A stretch of 56,021 nt of DNA, counting the filler, from Sphacelaria rigidula (taxonomy: Eukaryota), in assembly GCA_964200075.2 (NCBI GenBank). It is 2 parts of 2 records of this genome, joined end to end, with 100 filler letters (N's around TTAATTAATTAA, not from the genome) between each part and the next. Parts side by side here need not be neighbours in the genome. Positions count along the whole stretch, not along the records: positions 28,074 to 56,021 come from CAXNAA020000108.1; 1 more part is not named here. One strand, given 5' to 3'. Made by a program: the position numbers and the translations under genes. Below are positions 47,652-56,021 of this stretch, piece by piece; position 1 is the first letter of the stretch; every line of letters starts with the position of its first letter. The notes under the pieces are model-generated. The model made no database searches. It saw nothing but the letters and a program-made list of their open reading frames with translations, and had not been told where the DNA came from.

Positions 47652-50600
47652 TGTCTGCTCTCCTCCCTCCACTCCCNNNNNNNNNNTGGCGCCCGACCTT
47701 GGGTCGATCCCCCCCCGTGTTTTTTTTGTGGAACCCCACAATATGATCCCCCCCCCCCCCCCCCCCCGGTCTTGTTTGAATTAGTTCCACGTTAGTCCCC
47801 AGCTTCTGGCATCGTAGGCTGTGGTATGCACGCCTAGCGGTGGTATGGATTTGCCCGGCAATGCTCTTACTGCCGAACTCGCTTTACAAACGCCCGATCC
47901 GAGTGGCATAATAGTGGCATGCGTATGTGGAGTTGATGGATGGTCATCACCTCACCCCGTGCACGGATTTTTCTCCGGTCCCTGCCTATCGAGGAACAGC
48001 GAGTGCTGCACCGTATGGATCGGCATAATCTGAATCTGGGAGTTGCGGTAGATACTTCTCCTATGAACGCTGCTGTCCTTGCGCCTGGGCGCCGCCCGTA
48101 TTTGGTTGGGAAACCAAAGGCAACTTTCGACATGCACCATTCTCATTTTTCCGATTGGTCACTTGCACGAATCCCTCTTGAGAGCCACCGCAAAACAGCA
48201 TGGTCTGCTTTTGACGGGAGAGAATGTCAGCCGTGTGATGGTTGTCAGGAATGACATGGTAGGCGTGCGGCGATGCTAGCTTCTATGACCTAACGAGCGC
48301 GTGCTCCCAGAGTTGCGAGTGTTCCCATCCTACCGCATTGTGTTGCCGGCTGGGTGGGGGGGATTCGCGTGAAGCTTCGGATGAAGTTTCCGCCGCCATA
48401 ACGTCGTCGTCATGCATCGTCCACTACACCGCTCGGACTCCAGTTGTCACCACCTGGCCGACCGCTGTCTCGCCACGGGCCATGCCGGCAAATGATCCAC
48501 CGTCTTCGCCGCGAACAGAAGCTACCCTTCCACTCATGATACTTGTTGCCGCCGAAGTAATGCGGGAGTTCGGCCACGAAGAGGATGTGCGGGTGGAGGG
48601 GCGTGCGAGTTCAAGGAAGCAGTCAGCGAACGAGCAGCGCGAACAGCTGGGGGGACCGACGGTGGAACCTTCGCTGCCGGGACTCATGTCCTCGATATAC
48701 AAAAATCCTCTCCTTCCGGTACTGAGCACCTGGGAGGCCATAGACAAGACTCGCTCCGATGAGCCACCATCTCTTGAAGGCGACGGAGGCGTGCGACGTT
48801 CCTTCGCCATGATGCTCGCTCCGATGGAGGACAGCGATAACGCGACCCGGGAGCAGCGGCCTCGGGATGAGCCCCCCAACCTACCGCACTGTCAAGCAAG
48901 TGACCGGCAGATTCAAAGGTGCTACGCAGAGGCATTAAGATCGGACACCGCACATCTATGAAGCGACTCCATGAACAGAGAGTGCGACGCGCTGCTGGAG
49001 ACAATGACTTTCGACGAGAATTAGTCACGACCGCAAAACTGCATATCCGCGGTGGGAAAGGAAACTAGACCAGACCAATTCGGTAGGGATCTCAACGAAA
49101 TGGTTTCCGTTCAATATCTGGGGCAATTGGATGGTATTGGGGGCGTCTTCAAGAGAGAAACATGGAAGAAGGCACTCTAAACATTTCGCACAAGACTTAC
49201 GCTGAGCACTTGGCCGAGCAGTGTGGAGTAGAAACTTATTCTGTAAGAGTGGTCCACTTCCGGCAGGTATGAAACTCCAAGACTTTGATGCCGAGGAACC
49301 ACCCGGAAAATGGCCGTTCCCTGAACTAGTAGGGTCGCTGATGTAGCTTTCGTCGCAGACGAGACCGGATATCTCAAACGAGTAGGAGCAGTGGCTAGAT
49401 CCCATACTGTGCCGCACTAAAGAAGGCACAGTGGAAACCAGCTTTCGGCATCTTCAGTCATGTGCAGGAGCCGAGTTGGTTGGGGATCAATTATCAACGA
49501 GGTAATGTAGTTGGATTGAGCTTGCAAGTACTTGTAGATGGAGACTATGCAAGCAAGGCAGCGGATCGGAGGTCAATTTCGGGGGGAGCAATTACGTGTG
49601 GAGGCGGGCGCATATTTCATGATTTTTCAAAATGTAGACGCAGAAACGCGTCACGCTTCCTACAACGGAAGCAAGGTAAAATATATATGCATATTACACT
49701 ACAGGAATTGTCAAGGGTATTATTCTCGGAATAGTTTTTCATATCGCCAGAGGTTGGTATGCCGTGTATTCGAGTATTTGAGGACAACAAAGGTGCTCTG
49801 CAATCGGCGTCAAAACCCTGTGACGAACTCTAATTGCAAGCACATATATTTACGGCATCATTGCATCACGGAGTTGGTGGATACAGTAGAGAGAGGGTTT
49901 TGGCCATTTTTCACATGTCCGAATGCCAGCATGCGGATTCTTTGACAAAAGCGTTGGCTCACATAAACTTCGCGGTGAATTGATGTTTAGTACTGCAATG
50001 CTTTGTATTGTGTGTCGGGGTTGATTTCATTTGGTATAAGTCAAGGAAGTACAATTTTCGGTGTTATCGGATGCGTTTTTAGGTCAACATTTTTCACATC
50101 GTTGCAACAAAACGACACGGACGATAATCATACATTTGGGTGTATACGTTAATATGGTGTGAATGTGTATACTATCAGCTAATGTCACGAGCAGGGGGGC
50201 GGTAAGAGAACTCGAACCAGTGCCCAAAAGACGTGGTGACGAATAGATCTACGGAGATGAGGCAGACTGATGCGGAGAAAAAGGTTGATATTTCCATGAT
50301 TTTGATTGGTTCATTTTCCCCCGCTGTATTCGATGATTGCTGCATAACACGCTGAGAAGTTGTTGTTGTGTTCATCACAATAACGGAGTGCTTGTGCTCA
50401 TGTGTTGAGGAGTTCATGTGTTTTATCATGTTGGGAGGAGGCGCACCACTCTTCTCTCTTCCCAAGTTCACCGCTTCTTCTTCGGTTCCTTATGCTGCCA
50501 CCGTCTCCCCACTCCCCATACACGAGCAATGGTGCATGCCTTACACACGAGCTCTTGGTGTACGACTACTACAGTACAAGACTACACCACTACACCACAG

Positions 50601-53600
50601 GCATATCCCTCACGAGAACTGTTTACAGCACGAGCCGAGAAAGAGCATGATACAATGATACAGCCCTTTTCGACTAGTTTACAACAGGGTGTCCTTCGGG
50701 CGCGCTCAAAGCTAGGAGAGCAGGGCACTTGCTTACATGGACACTGTTAGCATTCACTGTGCACAGTACGCTTAGCACGAAACAGTCAAAACAAAGCATG
50801 GGGTTTTGCAATTCTGCATACCCCTACATCTTCCTGTCACGTAGTATGTACAGGAACGTGACATACTGTGATAAATAAGAATCTCAAAGACTAGAGACTG
50901 ACGATTTTCAGTGCAGGCCTTTTGTACTGCGGCTGATGAAACTAAATGAACACAATTGGGCACACTTCACTCGCAGCGTGCTAATATTGAACCAGGATGA
51001 CTCGGACACGCTGTGGTGGCACTGTTTCTTATCGCCAGACTTGTGCTTGTAATTTTTTCTTTAGCCTTCCGCATGAATGGCACGAACGGTCTTCTTCGTG
51101 TCCAGCTCATTTTTTTTGAAGTCTTGAAATAAAATACTTGAAGTAATGTACTTGAAATAATGATGCGTCTGATCCGGGGAAGAAGAGAGGAGAGGGTTCC
51201 GAAAGGCTCACGAATATAACTTTTCTCGTCTAGGGTCCGACGGCCAACCGCTTCATTACTATATTTTCGTGTACAGCCTAGTTCTAGGTGAAGGCCCGAA
51301 ATTTGTTCTCCACTAGACAGAGAACGCAATGCTGACCCCGTATAAACATATCCGGTATCAGAGTGACCCCCACGAGCAAGCAAACAGTGTGACACGACCA
51401 GATTTTTTCTTGCGTCCGTTACCGTGGCACTGGTAGTGAAAATGTTTCTCGGCCAATCAGGGGCCTTCAAATTATTCTAAAAAATTTAAATGTGAATTCC
51501 CGACTTAATTTGTACTCAATATCATTACGAATCAAACCTCAGCAACTGCCATCAGGGGGGGAATCTATGGGATCGAGTGATGACCCAAAACGTGATGCTT
51601 CAGTAATTTGGGGTTTTGGCGTCCCCGGATTCCGCTGATACTATGCATCAAATGACCCAGAAAGCCTCTTGATGTTTCCCCTTATAACTGTCGTGAAAAA
51701 CGCCGACCATCCTCAACTTGGCAGTTTGGAAATTATGGGTACTAGAAATGGGAACAAATCGTGGAAGAATGTTTCAGAGCTCACCCGCTTTCTACCGGCT
51801 ACCGGGGGTCTCAGCGTGAAGACCCCCAGAGGGCCGAGACAGATTGCCTCGACGTCAAAATTCAATTTTCACTCGCGTCGAGGTAGTCCAAGGAACGTTT
51901 GTAGCAAGGCTCGTCGCGGAACTTGAAAAGCTGATCCCGAACGGTCGATGCAAGCTCAAGCGCACAAGGAAAACGTTTTTGGCATACTACAGTCAAGTCA
52001 TTGGGGGGATTCCGCGTGCGCTTGAATGCTGAAACGCACATACGGACAATTTCTCACGCCGGTTTTTTTAGGAAGACCCTGAAATTTTGCATGCGGGTGC
52101 TCTAGGATATTTGGAACTCAGCATGAATGTTTATTGCTATTTTTTCTGCCATATATCCGGGGTACCAGGAGGCGGTACAGTAAATTATGTTTGATTGTTT
52201 GTTGTTTTTTTCGCCATACATCCGGGGCTCATGTGCCGCAGCTCCTGGGACCCGGATACCTGGTAAAAATAACAAACATATATTTTTTAAAGCATTCATA
52301 CAGATTTCATCTACCGCCTCCTGGGACCCCAGATATCTGGCGAAAAAAAAGAGAAATAAAACGCTGCATTCATGCAGAGTTTCCAAATATCCAAACCCAT
52401 GAGCAGAGCATGTTAGGGTCTAACTCGAAAAACCGACGTGAGAAATCGCTGGGGATTAAACTTTGGTCTTTCACCCTCAACCACTCTGTAGCCAGGGGTT
52501 CGGAATGACCACATCGTTTTTGAGAAGAGAAGAGACCTACATCGAAAAAATCGTTGCCGCGTACATACATGCCGCGTACATACATGCCGCGTATCACGTT
52601 ACAAAACAGTTCAGTGAATGAGCTGGAGCCAGCAACATCGCCGTCCGCAGGAGACGCGTGCGCGTGTGCTTGGGCGATGTTTTGATTTTCGGGCGGTGCA
52701 GGTGTGCGTACATTTCCCCCCCACTCGTCAGCAGCCAATCATCTAGCAGGGCGAACATACGGTGTACATACACATTAGGAACGCGCAAGGAACCGCAGCG
52801 GTGAGCTTGCCCTTTCCACAAACCCCTGCTTCCATCAGCGGCTCATTGTTGCTGAGCCTGCGGCAGACGACCTATACAGTAACCCGAGTCGCCTTCTCAA
52901 CCATGTTACGGTGCAATCCTACAAAATACTATTTTAAATACTGTAGTAGTATCTGTTAAGGGCGAGGGCGGCCAACTAGTGGCCATCTACGCGTACAATC
53001 GCCCCTCTCCGCGAGTCGGCGGGATTGTCAGATTCTGACAGTCGGCCGCGGGGTTAACCCCTTTGACCGTCTGACCGTCTGACAGTCTGGCCACCAGATG
53101 CCACAGATCGGCCCTGCTGTAGATCGGCTATCGGCTCGGCGTGCAACAGACAGTACGGTGATAGATCGGCCGCTGGAAATTATACACATGAACACCTACT
53201 TCGGTTGAAACAGCTATAGTGTAGTACATAGTGTAGAATACCCAGTACCAGGTATTCAGCATGTACTATACTGTACCCAGTGTGATATGAAGCACACAAA
53301 GAACACGGAACATCTAGAGCACACTACATCGTAATTTGTTATTGTCATTCGGTGTGGTGATCGCAAGCAGAAGCGAGGTGATAAGCTAAAGATCGGGGAT
53401 ACCCGCGTCTGAGACCAGTCGGTGATGCTGTTCCGGAAGGAAGTCTGATGCTCGAGGGGCTGCTGTGATCGAGATGTGTCGGTTTGCTTTCCGGCAGCAA
53501 GGACAATTTATTGAGTAGTGTTTGTTCCCCACAAGAGTTTGGGTACGTGTACGAGTATCTTGTGACCCCGGCCAGACTCGTGGTGGATCGCTTGCCGCTG

Positions 53601-55251
53601 CTGTTCATGTGTGACAATCAATCACCCAAAAAATCAAGAGTTCACCTTCGGGAAATTTTGCAGTCTTGTGTACGAGGTGTAGTATACAGTCTATCTATTG
53701 TCGTGTAATGTAGTGTGCTTGCTGTACACTGACGACCGTGTCTCCGCGACGACGACACTTGTATAACAGTAGTAACTGTTCTATTTTGTCCTAAAATCGA
53801 TTCAAGTGGGCTAGATAATAATAAAAAGATTGGTCACCAATCGTGACGTACAACCACTCTGCACTGCCCACAGGCTTCTCTCCCGCAGTGCTTGTCACAC
53901 ACACCGCAGTAGCGGACAAAGCCTGCCTGTACCCCTCATGGCACTCACTGGAGCTCCGCTGCCTGCAGTGCTGTGTTCTCTCACAAGTTGGTGAATAGAA
54001 CAATGAACGGACATGCGGCGAAACCTCCGTACGGTACAGCGTACCAGTGCAGGACAGCAATACAGCACCGGAGTATGGTATGGCGCGGACAGTGCACCAC
54101 AGCACTGCTTTGTCTTTATTCTACGCAGGCAGCCTGCTTCTGGCGGACCGGCCCTTGCTTCGACATTACTTGCCGTCCTCACACGACAAATAATACAACA
54201 TCTATGGTCGCTCAGCACAACAGGATATTCGATATTTTCAAATGAGACAACCCAGTCGAAGAGCTGTGCTGTGACTGTACATTCAAATTGTGAGAGATGT
54301 GTTGAATATAGTTGTGATGATGTCAACATGTTAAAATACCGGGGAAATGCCTGCAGTACTCATATATAATCTGGTTCATGGATGCCCTTCCGTAATCTTC
54401 ACAAGTAGGAGCTCAATCACACGAGCTCCGTACGAGTATAACATGGGCGTGCTGTCTGTGCTATGCTGTACGGTACACAACAGTATGAACGAATGTCGCG
54501 ATTACCGTTCGGCGGGACGCACATCAAATAATTCAATTTTCCTGACATGTTTGTGCACCTTCGAGTACGGCGTAGCAAAAACAAAACAATATGCCACACA
54601 AGGATCAGAAGCTCACCGAAATGAGAAGCACTCCATCCTCCACTTGATGGTTGTCAGTTGTGTACGTCTGCTGCTCATTATTGCCCCAGCCGCATAGGTT
54701 GTCCCTGAATCGTCGGGACACAGCAAGGTTGCCTAAGGTGCGGCATGTCTTCGGGTGGCGGCCTCAGCGGAAATCCAAATTTCTAAGCGCAATTCCAAAT
54801 TTCTCAATGGAAGACACAAATACACCCCAGTACAACAACAACAGCGTCTCCTGTGAAATATCCGTATCCGTACTGTCTGTATGGTACTCTGATCCATACA
54901 ATATTTGACATTTCGAACTATTAATAGGGTGTTTGTCTTACCATTTGCGACCACATCACTCATGTGAGAGGTGTTATGCTAGAAGGTACTCTCTGTAGCC
55001 TGTGGTGTAGTGTAGTGTACTCACCCCTGATCACAGCCGTTGCCAGTATCGACTTCCCACACCGTATCATTCAGGCCGGTGCCATCGAAATTCTCTTCCC
55101 AAACCAACACAGTCGACGTGTAGGTCTGCCCGTCGACGAACGGTAAGGCGTAGAAGGCAACAACGATCGCCAGCCAGCGTACTATTGACAACGGCGGACT
55201 GCATATACCGCCATCACGTTCACCACAATGACCACCCTCCAGACCGATCAT
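30136..55251 (-). CDS. Single-pass membrane GH16 endo-beta-1,3-glucanase-like protein with two CBM6 modules and a cytoplasmic NZF/RanBP2 zinc finger; 12 exons, ~1124 aa
   Basis: Exons 55251-55025, 54704-54617, 43954-43748, 43153-42999, 42313-42125, 41303-41169, 40318-40174, 38963-38718, 34665-34519, 33148-33020, 32398-31961, 31404-30136 (3375 nt, phases consistent, one GC-AG intron). Signal-like WLAIVVAFYALPFVDG. GH16 motifs: LVWEENFDG, CGWGNNEQQTY, GRIEARIRLPQGQGLWPAFWML, GEIDIVE, YHVYALEW, IIINLAVGG, VDYVRVY. CBM6-like starts LPGTIEAETFDVGG and LPGYIEAEFYDYGGEGV, followed by DWTAYT and GEWLAYT. Stalk PTPAPTMAPTPVPT, TM FFTWIYISLGSFVGAICVARLCFIIY, C-terminal WTCQCTFENSNGQNSCLAC. The start codon is the least certain part. 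Confidence 0.88.
35500..35976. repeat. Intronic palindrome (fold-back, arms B/B')
   Basis: TGGAAAAGTGCTTCCTTGGAGCTTTTACGTCGT...TTGCTGTACTCGTTGAGACGG..CAGCACACCT (35523-35638) is mirrored at 35822-35936. Inner arms TTTTCTCGGAGA / TCTCCGAGAAAA; centre ~35730. Confidence 0.9.
35970..37370. repeat. Second intronic fold-back with ~460-bp diverged inverted arms (MITE/foldback-like)
   Basis: Left arm ~35970-36430 matches the reverse complement of ~36900-37370. Shared blocks: AAAAGGTAT..CTTCACG, CTCGCCTCGTACG, AGCTTCTCCTCAAATCC, CTTTTCTAGT, ACCGAGGACCTA, GCCGTTC.C.AAACAC.ACGA.CAAAC. Confidence 0.88.
39984..40116. repeat. Short local duplication in a GH16 intron
   Basis: GCAAATTACGGGG...TCATTTGTTGCTTGCCTTAGTCG occurs at 39984-40025 and again at 40062-40116, with an expanded G run in the second copy. 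Confidence 0.85.
44656..45397 (+). repeat. 5' LTR (3' boundary inferred from the PBS)
   Basis: Begins TGTAAG. The first ~400 bp align to 50201-50553; the rest has no partner, so the 3' LTR looks truncated. Confidence 0.65.
50201..50553 (+). repeat. 3' LTR (probably truncated)
   Basis: Follows the polypurine tract. Shares GTGACGAATA.ATCTACGGAGATG, TTGATATTTCC.TGATTTTGATTGG, TGTGTTGAGGAGT.CATGTGT and GCTGCCACCGTCT.CCCACTCCCCATACAC with the 5' LTR. Confidence 0.8.
52105..52392. repeat. ~290-bp intronic palindrome
   Basis: GGATATTTGGAACTCAGCATGAATG pairs with CATTCATGCAGAGTTTCCAAATATCC. CCAGGAGGCGGTA pairs with TACCGCCTCCTGG. The inner ATCCGGG pairs with CCCGGAT. Confidence 0.85.
52556..52593. 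repeat. 15-bp tandem repeat
   Basis: GCCGCGTACATACAT twice, followed by GCCGCGTA. Confidence 0.85.
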
Positions 55252-55965
55252 TGCTGTGGCCGCCGCCACGAGCGGCTCTGTTGTTAGTCGCACTTCACAC
55301 GCCACCTCTTGAGTTTGCTGGAAACGCAGCGGTTATCCTCTTTTCTTCCCCCACTTTTTTTTTTCCTCCCGACCCAGTCGAAACGGTCCGTTTGGTAAAT
55401 GGCAAACTTATACTCGAACAGAATTAGAGTATGATGAGTTATTGTGCAGGACTTCCGCGAGAGCTGGAACGACACTCAGCCCTATACTGTCTGTAGTGTT
55501 GTGATGTCCGGCGTGGTTTCGTGATGCAGCAGCATTTTCGTGTGCCTTGCATCAAGGAGATCATCGAGGTGCGATTACTCTCTAGTTCCCCCCCCCTGAT
55601 ACTCGTATGCTCATGCTCGTATGGAATCATTTGCCGCTTGTGTCTTTCAAGACTCGGCTATTTGCAGCACACTTTCAAAATCAAGTTTGAATTTCAAACC
55701 CTGCGCCTGCACTGCTCTGTTCAACAGTAGTAGCGCACAACATCATGAGCACTGCAGTGTACTGTGGAGTGTAATGTGCTGCCTTGCATTATGGCAGTGT
55801 TATCATGGCAGTGGCACGCGCCGCCAGCAGATCGACCTGCGATCCCACTGAACGATACCTTACCAGATCTAGCTACATAAGGTATTAGCTGTCCGTAGAT
55901 CTTTACACTCGTACTTTATTACTGCCCCTTTGTGCTCACGAACACACCTGTATACACTACATACA

Positions 55966-55966
55966 G

Positions 55967-56009
<43 letters not shown>
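55966..56009. repeat. (GTT)14 microsatellite upstream of the GH16 gene
   Basis: Fourteen perfect GTT units plus GT. Confidence 0.97.
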
Positions 56010-56021
56010 CTTCACATTAAA

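Larger units (their letters stand above)
44656..50553 (+). mobile_element. Decayed Ty1/copia LTR retrotransposon, antisense within GH16 intron 2
   Basis: Diverged direct repeats at 44656-45057 and 50201-50553 (TGTAAGAGA / GGTAAGAGA ... CTTACACACGAGCT). PBS-like GGTTATGAGC at 45398-45407; purine tract GAGCAGGGGGG before 50201. Protease-like WVADRGSSNRFT (~47190), pre-integrase C-x2-C (~48230), RT end (ELVGSLM*LSSQTRPDIS) and RNase H fragments (VDGDYASKAADRRSISG, FEDNKGA, CKHIYLRHH, QHADSLTKAL). Many stops and frameshifts; integrase core not recognisable. Confidence 0.88.

Noticed and set aside
47611-47770. Poly-proline ORF or G-quadruplex element
   Set aside because: Homopolymer C runs flank an N gap inside the decayed retroelement, so sequence quality is unreliable.
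17401-55251. UXS plus GH16 as a cell-wall polysaccharide gene cluster
   Set aside because: The genes are separated by a scaffold linker and act in different pathways; adjacency is unproven.

Overview
Eukaryotic, intron-rich DNA. Gene structure, intron sizes and repeat content suggest a brown alga (Phaeophyceae); this assignment is inference. Four protein genes were reconstructed by hand from splice sites and reading-frame phase. (1) The 3' exon of a TIPIN/Swi3/Csm3 fork-protection gene (-); its 5' exons were not found. (2) A Nup35/Nup53 nucleoporin (+, 4 exons). (3) A complete 11-exon UDP-glucuronate decarboxylase (-, 363 aa). (4) A 12-exon, ~1124-aa predicted single-pass membrane protein (-, 25 kb) with an extracellular GH16 beta-1,3-glucanase and two CBM6 modules, a Pro/Thr stalk, one TM helix, and a ~400-aa disordered cytoplasmic tail ending in an NZF/RanBP2-type zinc finger. 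Gene 4 is the most interesting feature, a candidate beta-glucan-sensing receptor-enzyme. Mobile DNA includes a 4.1-kb decayed, intron-containing IS630/Tc1/mariner-like transposon with TIRs and a TA target duplication. There is also an old Ty1/copia element with a half-tRNA-iMet-type PBS inside the 10.7-kb GH16 intron, plus several long fold-back repeats and a hairpin-unit minisatellite. An artificial 100-bp scaffold linker at 27974-28073 means the two halves of the window may not be truly adjacent. No CRISPR array, tRNA or rRNA could be supported.
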